A stretch of 64,000 nt of DNA from an uncultured delta proteobacterium (GCA_963823335.1 CAWGLD010000007.1:32001-96000); one strand, 5' to 3'; counted from the first letter of the stretch, positions 29,746 through 40,382 are shown. Numbers and translations: made by a program. The notes: generated by a model not told the origin, from the letters alone.

Positions 29746-31401
29746 ATGACGCAATTATTAGAGATGAAAGATATCTGGATTGAGGGATTCAGCGACGAAA
29801 AATGGCGGCCCATCATCAACGGCCTGAACCTTACCTTGGACAAAGGGGAAGTGCTGGGTTTAATCGGGGAATCCGGGGCCGGAAAATCAACCTTCGGCCT
29901 GGCTTCCATGGCTTATACCCGTCAGGGCTGCCGTATATCTTCCGGGTCCATCCTGTTCGATGGCATCGAACTGTTTGGAGCGTCGGAGAAGACCTTGAGA
30001 AAAATCAAAGGTGTTCGGATCGCCTATGTAGCCCAAAGTGCCGCGGCCTCTTTTAACCCGGCGCACCGGCTCATTAAGCAGTATGCAGAGGCTCCCGTTC
30101 AGCACCATATCATGTCCTTTGCAGAGGCTGAAAAGGAGGCCTTCGATATTTATAAACGGCTGCTGCTGCCGGATCCGGAACGCATCGGATACCGGTATCC
30201 GCACCAGGTGTCCGGTGGACAACTGCAACGTGCCATGGTTGCCATGGCAATGGCGTGCAAGCCGGACCTTATCATTTTTGACGAACCGACCACCGCACTG
30301 GATGTGACAACCCAGATTGAAGTTTTGGCCGCAATAAAACGCATCACCCGGCAATTCAATACAGCGGCCATTTACATCACCCATGACCTGGCTGTGGTGG
30401 CCCAGTTGGCAGACCGGATCATGGTGTTGCGCTATGGCAATTTGGTGGAAGAAAACAATGCCCGCCAATTGATTGCCCATCCGAAAGAGGAATACACCCG
30501 TGCCCTTCTTTCCGTCCGAACACTTCGAGAAGACAAGGACCTTTCAAAGACAGAACATGATACCATTCTGGAGGTCGAAAACGTCTCTGCAAGTTACACG
30601 GGCAAGGAGCTGGTCTTACAGGACATAGACCTGATAATCCGGCGTGGCCGGACCGTGGCGCTGGTGGGAGAATCGGGCAGCGGGAAAAGCACCCTGGCCC
30701 GGGTGATCACCGGGTTGCTTCCACCCCTCAAAGGTCGTGTCATTTATGACGGCCAGGATCTGCCACCGGCTTTAAGAAAGCGCAAAAAGGAAAGTCTCAG
30801 GGTGATGCAGATGATTTACCAGATGCCGGACACGGCCCTGAATCCCAGGCAACGGGTCAGCAGGATCATTGGACGCCCCCTTCAGTTTTACTATGGCATT
30901 CATGGCAAGGAGGCCGAGAAACGCGTTCTTGAGTTATTGGATAAGATCGAATTGACGCCAAAATACAAAGATCGATTTCCAGGAGAGCTCTCTGGTGGAG
31001 AAAAGCAACGGATTTGCATTGCGCGTGCTCTGGCAGCCGAACCCGATCTTATTATTTGTGATGAGGTCACCTCCGCCTTAGATCAGCTTGTGGCTGAAGA
31101 TATTTTGAAGCTGCTGCGCAAGCTCCAAAATGACCTGCAGGTGTCATATCTTTTTATTACCCATGATCTGGCCACAGTTAAAGCCATAGCGGATGAAATT
31201 GTGGTCATGCTGCAGGGCAAGATCGTGGAACAGGGCCGTAAAACGGATATTCTGACACCACCTCACCATGAATATACCGACCTGCTGCTGGAATCGGTCC
31301 CGGAGATGGACCCGGATTGGCTCGACGGCGTGCTGGCCGAAAGGGAACGCAAATCCGCCATGGGCATTGCCGTGAAGACAACCTTTATCGAAGAATCTTG
31401 A
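29746..31401 (+). CDS. ABC transporter ATP-binding protein with two fused ATPase domains
   Basis: Two Walker A motifs (GESGAGKS, GESGSGKS) and two signatures (SGGQLQR, SGGEKQR). Confidence 0.93.
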   Translation: MTQLLEMKDIWIEGFSDEKWRPIINGLNLTLDKGEVLGLIGESGAGKSTFGLASMAYTRQGCRISSGSILFDGIELFGASEKTLRKIKGVRIAYVAQSAAASFNPAHRLIKQYAEAPVQHHIMSFAEAEKEAFDIYKRLLLPDPERIGYRYPHQVSGGQLQRAMVAMAMACKPDLIIFDEPTTALDVTTQIEVLAAIKRITRQFNTAAIYITHDLAVVAQLADRIMVLRYGNLVEENNARQLIAHPKEEYTRALLSVRTLREDKDLSKTEHDTILEVENVSASYTGKELVLQDIDLIIRRGRTVALVGESGSGKSTLARVITGLLPPLKGRVIYDGQDLPPALRKRKKESLRVMQMIYQMPDTALNPRQRVSRIIGRPLQFYYGIHGKEAEKRVLELLDKIELTPKYKDRFPGELSGGEKQRICIARALAAEPDLIICDEVTSALDQLVAEDILKLLRKLQNDLQVSYLFITHDLATVKAIADEIVVMLQGKIVEQGRKTDILTPPHHEYTDLLLESVPEMDPDWLDGVLAERERKSAMGIAVKTTFIEES

Positions 31402-31435
31402 AGGCCGTTATCGACGCATTTGAAGGGAGAACCAC

Positions 31436-31834
31436 ATGAAGTTTTTAGTCTGTTATGAAGAGGCGGATCCATCGGCGGAGATTTTAAAAAAAGCCCTAGC
31501 GCATGCCAAAGTCTGGAACGCCACATTAGAGGTCGTGAAAACACTTACGCGAGAGATTCCCATCAAACACGCCAGGATCCTGGAAATGGAAAAGGAAATG
31601 GAAACCACCGTGAGCATGAAAATTGGAGACAGCGGTGTAGCATATAATGTACAGTTGATGGTTACTTCCCTGGAGCCGGGAGAAAAACTGGTCAAATTTG
31701 CCGAAGAAGAGGAGATCGACCTTATTTTTATAGGTATTATAAAAAAATCTAAAGTCAACAAATTGTTATTTGGATCAACAGCCCAATATGTAATTTTACA
31801 TGCGCCTTGTCCCGTGGTGACCATAAAAGTATAG
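31436..31834 (+). CDS. Universal stress protein
   Basis: DLIFIG...LLFGSTAQYVILHAPCPVVTIK. Confidence 0.9.
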   Translation: MKFLVCYEEADPSAEILKKALAHAKVWNATLEVVKTLTREIPIKHARILEMEKEMETTVSMKIGDSGVAYNVQLMVTSLEPGEKLVKFAEEEEIDLIFIGIIKKSKVNKLLFGSTAQYVILHAPCPVVTIKV

Positions 31835-31900
31835 GCCCCCGATTCCGCACACCTGCAAAACCACCGAATTAAAAAATTACATTCAAATAGGAGAGTAAAA

Positions 31901-33307
31901 ATGAATGTTATCTGGATAACGTCGGACTCCTTTAGACGCGACCACATGGGGGCTTATGGCAACAAACAGATTCAAACCCCTTCTCTGGATATGCTGGCAG
32001 CCAGATCCGTAAGGTTTCAGCGGCATTATGCGGCGGGGTTTCCAACCATGCCTACGCGAGCGGATCATTTTACAGGACGCTGGACCATGTCCTTTATGGG
32101 TTGGTCTCCACTGCCATCAAACGTAACCACCCTGGCTGAAATGCTTTCTGCAAAAGGGCTGCATACCGCAGCGGTTGTCGATACCCCTTTCTATCTCAGG
32201 GACGGCATGAATTACGATCGCGGCTTCAAAAGCTTTTTTACAACTATCGGCCAGGAAGGTTCCGGAGCAAAAAAACTGAAAGACGGGCGGCACGAGTCAC
32301 AGGATAGGCGTGCGGCATGGCGTTATGAATCAGATCACAATGCACCGCAGACCTTTACAACGGCGATGCGATGGCTTGAACGACACTATAAAGAAGACTT
32401 TTTTCTTTATGTCGACACATGGGACCCCCATGAACCATGGGATGCCCCCCCCTACTATACCGAACGTTACTGGCCGGGTTATGACGGTGAAATTATCGAA
32501 CCGATCTACGGATGTTGGAAAGACGTGCCGGGGTTCACACAAGAAAGGCTTGAAAAGGCCCATGCATGCTATTGCGGTGAGATCAGCATGGTGGACACCT
32601 GGTTGGGATATCTCTTGCGAAGAATTGAAAACATGGGTCTCATGGAGAATACGGCCATCATTTTTACCTCGGACCACGGATTCTACTTTGGAGAACACGG
32701 TGGGCTTTTCGGGAAAATGGTTTATGAAATGGGACAGGATGGGGAATATCCGAAGCTGGATGACTGGGATAAACAGGTCCAAGGCGGCATATGGGCCTAT
32801 TCACCTCTTTACGAAGAGATCGTCAATATTCCGTTATTGATTTCCATTCCCGGCATCTCGGCGGGTGTCTATGGGCAGGTAACTTCAGCGGTGGACGTGA
32901 TGCCCACGGTCCTGGAGCTCTTGTCGTGTGACATACCTGACTTTGTGGAGGGCAACTCCCTTCTGCCGAAAATAAACGATCCAGCTGCCAGCGGCCGCGA
33001 GTTTACGGTCAGCAGTATCCCATTTGCCAACCCGGGTGATCCGGTAAGATCGGTCGACAATTTTCTTCGCATGCTGAAAGTCCCGACAGTTACGACCATT
33101 ACCAGTGAGAATTATGCCCTCCTTTACAGCCCTGAAGCCGGCATGTCAAAGCTCTATGATCTCAACCTGGATCCCGGTCAGCAAAAAAATATTATCTCGG
33201 ATCAACCGCATGTCGGCAAAGGACTTCATCAATACCTGGTTAAGTTTATGCGGGATACCCACCTTGCGGACTATCTCTTACAGCCAAGACTTGAGTTAAT
33301 AATATGA
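31901..33307 (+). CDS. Sulfatase-like hydrolase (alkaline phosphatase superfamily) with Thr at the nucleophile position
   Basis: NVIWITSDSFRRD, PTMPTRAD, WDPHEPW, IIFTSDHGFYFGEHG. Confidence 0.85.
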   Translation: MNVIWITSDSFRRDHMGAYGNKQIQTPSLDMLAARSVRFQRHYAAGFPTMPTRADHFTGRWTMSFMGWSPLPSNVTTLAEMLSAKGLHTAAVVDTPFYLRDGMNYDRGFKSFFTTIGQEGSGAKKLKDGRHESQDRRAAWRYESDHNAPQTFTTAMRWLERHYKEDFFLYVDTWDPHEPWDAPPYYTERYWPGYDGEIIEPIYGCWKDVPGFTQERLEKAHACYCGEISMVDTWLGYLLRRIENMGLMENTAIIFTSDHGFYFGEHGGLFGKMVYEMGQDGEYPKLDDWDKQVQGGIWAYSPLYEEIVNIPLLISIPGISAGVYGQVTSAVDVMPTVLELLSCDIPDFVEGNSLLPKINDPAASGREFTVSSIPFANPGDPVRSVDNFLRMLKVPTVTTITSENYALLYSPEAGMSKLYDLNLDPGQQKNIISDQPHVGKGLHQYLVKFMRDTHLADYLLQPRLELII

Positions 33308-33420
33308 ACCTATCTCAAAAATGTCTTTTGCCCCAATCTCTGTGTTGCTCTCTCGTTTCAACTCCTCAAAATACAGAAGTATTCCTCCGGGTTGAAACTT
33401 GAGATCGCCTTGATTTGACG
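33305..33420. mobile_element. Degenerate copy of MITE family A, inverted relative to 9531-9702
   Basis: TATCTCAAAAA...CCCAATCTCTGTGTTG...TTCAACTCCTC..AATAC...CGGGTTGAA...GCCTTGA aligns with the reverse complement of 9531-9702. Confidence 0.7.
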
Positions 33421-33470
33421 AAGATCCCGCGCTTTTTGCGGGGGAAAAAATCCTATTAAGGAGAGGATAA

Positions 33471-34880
33471 ATGGAAAACGTAATGACCCGAATGGGGGAT
33501 GGAAGCCGGATTGAAATGACTGCGGATGACGTCCGGAGGGATTTGGAAGCCGGTAGCCAGGAAGCTGCCGGACGCGCAAACGTACCTGCCCTGATCGATG
33601 ACGAGATAAATTACCTGATGGATCTCTTTCAATCCAAAGATCGTGTGGTGGGAGTTGAAATGGGCAAGGAAGTCTGTTTGAGCTATGACAACATGACGTC
33701 TAAAATCAAACGGGCTCACATCCCCATCAGTAAGATACAACAACTGCTGTTGTTCGAAAGAGGGCTGGGTGCCGACACGCTGGAACTGACCCATATTGAC
33801 TACAGTTTCAAGCAGTGTAAACACGTGGTGCAGTATGAAAAACCGAACATGGAACAGGCGGTACTGCAGACCATTGCCCCGATTTTCTATGGCGCCATGC
33901 CGAACCTCGGTCTGTACAGCGTACCCGACGGACCGGTGGTCAACCCTGGCGACCTGCTACCCGAAGGAAAGATTACCGAGGCCCAGCAAGCCTATGAAGA
34001 AATGGCGGAATACGCCATCAAAGACATGGTCTACGTGGGTAGTGAACTTTACGAGAAAGCCGGTGCGGACGGTATAAATTTCGACACTACCGCAGCTTCC
34101 GGAGATGCCGAATTTTATGCGACCTTGAAGGCTGTTGAAATCCTTCACAAAAAATATCCCGACATGGGTATAGAAATGGGAATGTCCGGTGAGTTTATAT
34201 TGGGCATGCACGGAGATATAGAATATAACGGTGTACGCTTGGCCGGGCTTTTCCCCCAGGATCAGGTTAAACTGGCCCAAAAAGCAGGGGTAACGATTTT
34301 CGGCCCGGCCATCAATATTCTCACCAATGACTCACTTCCGTATAACCTGGCTCGTTCACTGGTTTTTACCAAAGCCTGCTCTGAGGCCTCGGATATTCCG
34401 ATCCATGCCAACCTGGGCATGGGTGTCGGCGGTGTCCCCCTGACCCTCACGCCCCCTCTGGATGCCCTGTCGCGGGCATCCAAAGCACATGTCGAAATTT
34501 GCCGTTTGGACGGGTTGTAGGTGGGGGTCGGCGACCCGCTGGGAATGCATGCTGCACATGCAGTTGTCTCGGGAATGGGCGGATTACGAACTGCCGGAGA
34601 TCTGGTAGCGCGTATGCAACTGAACCGGGGTATGCGAATCGATGCAGCCAAAGCGTATGTGGCGGGAAAACTGGGTGTCACGGTCGCCGATCTGGCGGAC
34701 ACGGTTGTCATGAACGAGGTCCGGGAAGATCTGGATATCGGACGTGTCAACGAAACACCCGCTGTCGCCAAGGGGATCGATGCCAAATTCAGAATAGCGG
34801 AACGCCTTGACTTGGAAATCAACTGCGTCAATATGTTTATGAAAAGAGTGGGCATTGATTCTTACCACGCATTTAAGTAG
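33471..34880 (+). CDS. mtbB: Dimethylamine:corrinoid methyltransferase MtbB, pyrrolysine-containing (469 aa, amber codon 350)
   Basis: TRMGDG start, YGAMPNLGLY, GMGVGGVP; TAG at 34518-34520 in CRLDGL-[TAG]-VGVGDPLGM...RTAGDLVARMQ, the MtbB Pyl context. Confidence 0.93.
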
Positions 34881-34907
34881 AAGCCATCTCAAAAAAGTTT
34901 TTTGGCC
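34878..34907. mobile_element. Isolated terminal fragment of MITE family A
   Basis: TAGAAGCCATCTCAAAAAAGTTTTTTGGCC versus TAGAAGCTATCTCAAAAAAGTTTTTTAGCC (reverse complement of 9673-9702): 2 mismatches in 30. Confidence 0.7.
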
Positions 34908-35105
34908 ATGAAAACAATCCATGAAACAGTCGCTGTCGTTGTCGCCGGAGGCGGCACTGCCGGGCATGTGGCCGCAATTCAAGCTGCCAGAGCCGGTGTA
35001 AAGACCGCCGTGATCGAAGCGGGAAGCATGCTGGGGGGCACCATGACGGCCGGCGGTGTGTCGATGCCCAATCATTTTTTTTTCTTGGTTTTGGATCAGG
35101 TTTAA
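34908..35105 (+). pseudogene. N-terminal remnant of an FAD-dependent oxidoreductase
   Basis: VVVAGGGTAGHVAAIQAARAGVKTAVIE...LGGTMTAGGV Rossmann motif, then a stop after about 65 codons with no visible continuation. Confidence 0.7.
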
Positions 35106-35177
35106 TATACAGGGGCACAAAGAATGTTCTTGAAATAGGTTATCCTTTGAAACACATGATAGTGAAAGGGATGGGAA

Positions 35178-36650
35178 ATGCCGATCGAAAGAACCGGTGT
35201 ATCTGTCTTTAACGGCCTGGGATTGAATTTTCTGACCCGTGACGAACTGGATACCATTCATTCGGGTGCCTGCCATATTCTTAAGCATACCGGCGTGCTG
35301 GTGGAGTTTGAAGACGCCGCCGATCGGTTGCACAGTGCCGGGGCTTTTGTGTCACGGTCGGGGAAAAACTGGCTCGTTAAAATCCCCGAGTGGCTCGTGA
35401 CCGAAAGCCTCGCAAGCACACCCAAAAGCGTCACGTATTTTGCCCGGGATCCGGAAAAGGATTTCCTGCTGGAAAACAACCGGGTCGGCTTCGGAACATT
35501 TGGAGAGCAGGTCAATATCATCGATCCCATTACCCGTAAATATCGCCCTTCCACAAAGCAAGACTGCTGCAACGTCTACCGCCTGATCGACGCACTCGAT
35601 GAACTTGCTTTCTGCCAGCGAACCCTCTGCCCGGGCGATCAGCTGCCTGCCGCCCAGGCGGTCCACAATTTTCAGGCCCTTATTACCCACAACAGCAAGC
35701 ACATCACCATCGGCATGGTTAACAGATCCTGCGTGGAAGTTATTGTACAAATGGCGGCAGCCGCCGTGGGCGGCATGGGCAAACTGCACCAAAGACCCAT
35801 CTGTACCTGCTCCTGCTGTGTCACCAGTCCCCTGACCCTAACCACCCAGTTCTGTGAGGCCCTTATAGCTGCTGTGGAAGCAGGTATCAATGTGGATGTC
35901 ATGACCATGGCCCTGGCAGGCGGCTCCGGTCCCGTCACCCTGGCAGGAACCATTGTTTTGACCATGGCCGAGCTTTTAAGCGGTCTGGTCCTGGCCCAGA
36001 TCACCTGCAAAGGGGTGAACGTCACCTTTGGTTCCTGCAGCACCATTATGGATTTGAAAACCGGCCTGGCATCAACGGGCGCACCGGAATGGGGTCTGGT
36101 GGGCGCCGCCATCGCGCAGATGGCGAACTATTATCACATCCCCTGCCGGGTGGGGTCAGGGGTCAGCGATTCCAAGCTGCCCGATGCGCAAGCCGCCTAC
36201 CAGTTCACCCTGAACGCTTTACCGCTGTCGCTCGCCGGCGCCAATATGATATTCGGGGCCGGCGGCATCGACAGCGGGCTTGCTTTTGACTACGCCAAGC
36301 TGATCATGGATCATGAATGCATTTGCCATATCCGGAAATTACTGGAAGGCGTGCGCGTGGACAACGAAACCATGGCGCTGGATCTTATCCATGACATCGG
36401 CCCCGGAGGTACGTTTCTGATTCACCGCCACACCCTCGAACGGACCAGATCCCAATCGGCCGTCCACTTGTTTGACCGAGGCACGCGGGAAGCCTGGATG
36501 GAAACCGCCGGTGGAAAGGATCTCACGGAAAGGGCCTACGGAAAGGCGCTGGAAATACTGGAGAGTCATCAGACCAAGGCGCTGCCGGACGGCGCCGCAG
36601 AAACGATCAATGGTCTGCTGGATGAATTTGAAGCCCAAATAAAATCCTAG
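35178..36650 (+). CDS. Non-pyrrolysine MttB-superfamily methyltransferase (Val at the Pyl position)
   Basis: TSPL, GPVTLAGT, GAPEWGL, IPCRVGSG-V-SDSKLPDAQAAYQFT, IGPGGTFL. Confidence 0.9.
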   Translation: MPIERTGVSVFNGLGLNFLTRDELDTIHSGACHILKHTGVLVEFEDAADRLHSAGAFVSRSGKNWLVKIPEWLVTESLASTPKSVTYFARDPEKDFLLENNRVGFGTFGEQVNIIDPITRKYRPSTKQDCCNVYRLIDALDELAFCQRTLCPGDQLPAAQAVHNFQALITHNSKHITIGMVNRSCVEVIVQMAAAAVGGMGKLHQRPICTCSCCVTSPLTLTTQFCEALIAAVEAGINVDVMTMALAGGSGPVTLAGTIVLTMAELLSGLVLAQITCKGVNVTFGSCSTIMDLKTGLASTGAPEWGLVGAAIAQMANYYHIPCRVGSGVSDSKLPDAQAAYQFTLNALPLSLAGANMIFGAGGIDSGLAFDYAKLIMDHECICHIRKLLEGVRVDNETMALDLIHDIGPGGTFLIHRHTLERTRSQSAVHLFDRGTREAWMETAGGKDLTERAYGKALEILESHQTKALPDGAAETINGLLDEFEAQIKS

Positions 36651-36769
36651 AGCGATTTTATCGGACGTGACATTGTCGCTCCCTTAAATTTAAAAAAAGA
36701 GATGCGACAACACCCATGAGAACCTTAATATGACCATCACGACAGCTGTCATCAGACGCAGGGAATCAT

Positions 36770-38113
36770 ATGAAAGAAATTAGGGAAGCTGCCAGGAAAA
36801 TACCGGTTCTGGCAGAAACGGATGTGCTTGTCGTGGGTAGTGGACCCGGAGGCCTTGCGGCGGCACTTGCTGCCGAACGAGAAGGCGTCCGTACCATCCT
36901 GTTGGAGCGATACGGATGCTTCGGGGGCAATATCACCCAGGCAGGTGTTGAATCTCTCGCCTGGTACCGTCACGAGGGCACCATAGATGCTCAGGGCATC
37001 GGTACCGAATTGGAGCAACGCGCCCAACAAATGGGCGCAACCGATCCCGAGCCCCAGTCCCGGAGTGAAGCTTTCAACACGGAACTATTCAAGATCGTGG
37101 CCGACACCCTCGTTCAGGAGACTGACATTATCCCGATCCTTCACTGTATGGCAGTGGAAACGGTGATGGACGGTGATGTCATAAAAGGGATCATCACGGA
37201 GAGCAAATCGGGTCGACAGGCCATCCTCGCAAAACGGGTAATCGACGCCACCGGCGATGCTGACATCGCTCATCTGGCGGGGGCACCCTGGCGCAAGGCT
37301 CCCAAAAATGAATTGTTGGGCGTAACCGTGACGTTCGCCGTGACAGGTGTCGATCGAAAGCGTTTCCTGGCACACGTAAAAAAACATCCTTCCACCTATA
37401 AAGACTGGGGGGTTGAAACGTCAGGCAAAGAAGATAACATGTTCAGCCCGTATCTGCGTGTTCCGTTTCAATTGGCCAGAAACGCCGGTGAAATTCCAGA
37501 AAATGTGCAGATCGCGGGAACCTGGGGCCGGATCAGCGAACAGGGAGACGCCACGTATCTGAACGTTGTTTATATGCCGGGCTTTGACAGTACGGATGTT
37601 CGTGATCTTACCCGCGGAGAAATAGATGGACGCCGCCAAGCCATGTGGGCGGTCAATGCACTGAAGAAATATACGCCGGGTTTTGAGAACGCAGCGCTCA
37701 GGGCGTTCGGTTCATCCCTGGGAATACGGGAGTCGAGAAAAATCATCGGGAGATACAATCTGACCGGAAACGACGTTCGCAATCAGGGACGTTTCGACGA
37801 CGCTATGGGTATCTTTCCGGAATTTTTAGATGGGCATGGGATCCTGAGCCTACCCACGACCGGGCGTTACTTCCAGGTACCCTATGGCATCGTGATTCCC
37901 CAAAAGGTGGACAACCTGCTTGTGGCGGGCCGCTGCGTGGCAGGCGACCGTATTTCTCATTCAGCCACTCGCCAGATGATGTGCTGCACAGTTACCGGAC
38001 AGGGAGCCGGCGTAGCGGCGGCACGCTCTATCAAAGAGAAAGTGAAGTGCCGTCAAGTGGATATTGCCGCCCTGCAAAAAGCCCTGTCAAAGCAGGGGGT
38101 GCGAATAAATTGA
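36770..38113 (+). CDS. FAD-dependent oxidoreductase (FAD_oxidored type), substrate unknown
   Basis: DVLVVGSGPGG, IDATGDAD, GIRESRKI, NLLVAGRC. Confidence 0.85.
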   Translation: MKEIREAARKIPVLAETDVLVVGSGPGGLAAALAAEREGVRTILLERYGCFGGNITQAGVESLAWYRHEGTIDAQGIGTELEQRAQQMGATDPEPQSRSEAFNTELFKIVADTLVQETDIIPILHCMAVETVMDGDVIKGIITESKSGRQAILAKRVIDATGDADIAHLAGAPWRKAPKNELLGVTVTFAVTGVDRKRFLAHVKKHPSTYKDWGVETSGKEDNMFSPYLRVPFQLARNAGEIPENVQIAGTWGRISEQGDATYLNVVYMPGFDSTDVRDLTRGEIDGRRQAMWAVNALKKYTPGFENAALRAFGSSLGIRESRKIIGRYNLTGNDVRNQGRFDDAMGIFPEFLDGHGILSLPTTGRYFQVPYGIVIPQKVDNLLVAGRCVAGDRISHSATRQMMCCTVTGQGAGVAAARSIKEKVKCRQVDIAALQKALSKQGVRIN

Positions 38114-38138
38114 CAGGCAAGACCAAGAAAGGAGCGCG

Positions 38139-38915
38139 ATGAGTATTCAGGATTTCACAATGGACTTTTTCTCGTTGAAAGGGAAAAATGCCATCGTCAC
38201 CGGCGGCAATACCGGACTTGGACAGGCATTCGCGTTGGCGCTGGCCAAGGCAGGTGCGAACCTGTTTGTACCCAGTATTCTGGATGATGACGGTGGTACC
38301 AAGGCGCTTGTTGAAGCGCAAGGTGTTGCGTATGAATTCATGCAGATCGACATTACCGATGACGGTGCGCCCAGGAAAATAATCGAAACCTGTGTCGCAA
38401 CATTCGGATCTGTCGATATCCTGGTAAACAGTGCCGGCATCTGCATTTCGGCAGAAGTCGAAAGCTTTGGCAGGGAACCGTGGGACAAGATGGTGCACAT
38501 CAATTTGACCGCCGCATTTGAACTCAGTTTTGAAGCGTCAAGGTTCATGATTTCTCAGAAAAGCGGTAAAATTATCAACATCTGTTCACTTTTCTCGTTT
38601 CTAGGGGGAAAATTGTCTTCGGCCTATGCCGCCACAAAGCATGGCCTGGCAGGTTTTACGAAAGCCTATTGTGATGAACTGGCTCAGCACAACATTCAGG
38701 TCAACGGGATTGCACCGGGGTATTATAAAACGGCTATTACGGAAAGGACAAGAAGCAACCCGGAAACGTGTCAACGGGTTTTGGATCACATCCCCGCCAA
38801 TCGCTGGGGTGAGACAATGGACCTGATGGGTACGACCATATTCCTGGCCAGCAAAGCTTCAGACTATGTAAACGGCCATATACTCGTGGTTGACGGAGGC
38901 TACCTGGTTCGTTAA
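38139..38915 (+). CDS. ygcW: SDR oxidoreductase, YgcW/KduD-like
   Basis: MDFFSLKGKNAIVTGGNTGLG, YAATK, KAYCDELAQHNIQVNGIAPGYY, DGGYLVR; closely resembles E. coli YgcW. Confidence 0.8.
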   Translation: MSIQDFTMDFFSLKGKNAIVTGGNTGLGQAFALALAKAGANLFVPSILDDDGGTKALVEAQGVAYEFMQIDITDDGAPRKIIETCVATFGSVDILVNSAGICISAEVESFGREPWDKMVHINLTAAFELSFEASRFMISQKSGKIINICSLFSFLGGKLSSAYAATKHGLAGFTKAYCDELAQHNIQVNGIAPGYYKTAITERTRSNPETCQRVLDHIPANRWGETMDLMGTTIFLASKASDYVNGHILVVDGGYLVR

Positions 38916-40351
38916 TGAAAAAACAATATGTCATAGGTCTTGATGGGGGAACGCAGAGTACGAAAGTGGTCATTTTCGATCTGGAGGGCAATCTTGTATG
39001 CCAGGGGAAAAGAGAACTTCAACCCATGCACATGCCCAGGCCCGGGGTAGCGGAGCACCCGGATGACGACTTGTGGGATACCATCGTGGCGGCAAGCCTA
39101 CAGGCAATGGCGTGCTTTTCGGGCGACATCAAATCCATATTGGGTATCGGCCTCTGCACCATTCGTTGCTGCAGGGCCTGTCTGAAAGAAGACGGCAGAC
39201 TGGCTTCACCGGTCTTGAGCTGGATGGATCTGCGCCTGGCCCGCCCCTATGAGCACGAGAATCCACTGGTCAGGTATGTGACGACAACTTCCGGATATAT
39301 CACCCACCGTTTTACAGGTCAGTTTAAGGATACGGCTGCCAATTACGAGGGGATGTGGCCCATCGATAAGGACACCTGGCAGTGGAGCAAAGATCCAGAC
39401 GTCTTAAAAACCTTTAATGTACCAAGAAACAAGCTCTTTAAACTCGAAATGCCCGGAACAATCCTCGGGTATGTAAGCAATGAAGCCTCGGAACAAACCG
39501 GAATCCCGGCTGGAATTCCGGTGGTTGCAACCGCAAATGACAAGGCGGTGGAAGCCCTGGGTGCCGGTCTAACGCCGGGCAAAACCGCTCTCGTTTCCTT
39601 GGGAACCTACATCGGCGCTATGGTATACGGCGAAAAGAATGTAACGGATCCAAACAGCTTTTTCACCAACCTGGCATCCATACCCAACGACTATCTCTAC
39701 GAAAGTGGCGGCATACGTCATGGAATGGGAACCGTCAGCTGGTTGAGAAATCTTTTCGGTGAAGACGTCCGCAGCATAGCGCAATCCCTCGGCATTTCCC
39801 CCGAAGAACTCCTGAACAGTGAAGCTCAAAAAGTTGCCCCGGGATGTGATGGGCTGATGACGGTTCCGGAATGGCTGGCACCGCCGGACAAACCTTTTAA
39901 AAAGGGCATCATGATCGGGTTTCACGGGCGCCATACCAGGGCGCATCTATACCGCTCCATGTTGGAAGCCATTGCATTGACCATGAAAAACCATGTCGAA
40001 GCCATGTGCCGGGAACTCGACATGGGACTGGACCAAATCATCGTATCCGGCGGGGGGGCACGAAGCGATGTGTTCATGCAGATTTTTGCAGACGTGTTCG
40101 GCGTCCCGGCCATCAGAAATGATATCACGGATGCCGCCGGTCTGGGTTCAGCCATTTGCGCCGCCGTGGCCGCGAAGGCTTATGACACTTTTGAGGCGGC
40201 CATTGAACAAATGGTCGGGATACGTGACAGGTTTTATTCCATTGCGAAGCATACCTCCCTATACGAGAAGCTGAACACGGATGTGTACAGACATATTACA
40301 GAATTTACGGATCCTGTTCTGGAGAAATCATATCCCATCTTCAAACAATAA
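38915..40351 (+). CDS. ygcE: FGGY-family sugar kinase, YgcE-like
   Basis: IGLDGGTQSTKV, AEHPDDDLW, IRCCRA, VSLGTYI, FMQIFADVF. Confidence 0.8.
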   Translation: MKKQYVIGLDGGTQSTKVVIFDLEGNLVCQGKRELQPMHMPRPGVAEHPDDDLWDTIVAASLQAMACFSGDIKSILGIGLCTIRCCRACLKEDGRLASPVLSWMDLRLARPYEHENPLVRYVTTTSGYITHRFTGQFKDTAANYEGMWPIDKDTWQWSKDPDVLKTFNVPRNKLFKLEMPGTILGYVSNEASEQTGIPAGIPVVATANDKAVEALGAGLTPGKTALVSLGTYIGAMVYGEKNVTDPNSFFTNLASIPNDYLYESGGIRHGMGTVSWLRNLFGEDVRSIAQSLGISPEELLNSEAQKVAPGCDGLMTVPEWLAPPDKPFKKGIMIGFHGRHTRAHLYRSMLEAIALTMKNHVEAMCRELDMGLDQIIVSGGGARSDVFMQIFADVFGVPAIRNDITDAAGLGSAICAAVAAKAYDTFEAAIEQMVGIRDRFYSIAKHTSLYEKLNTDVYRHITEFTDPVLEKSYPIFKQ

Positions 40352-40382
40352 AAAAAATGAGTTTCCCAAAGGAGAAAGAAAC

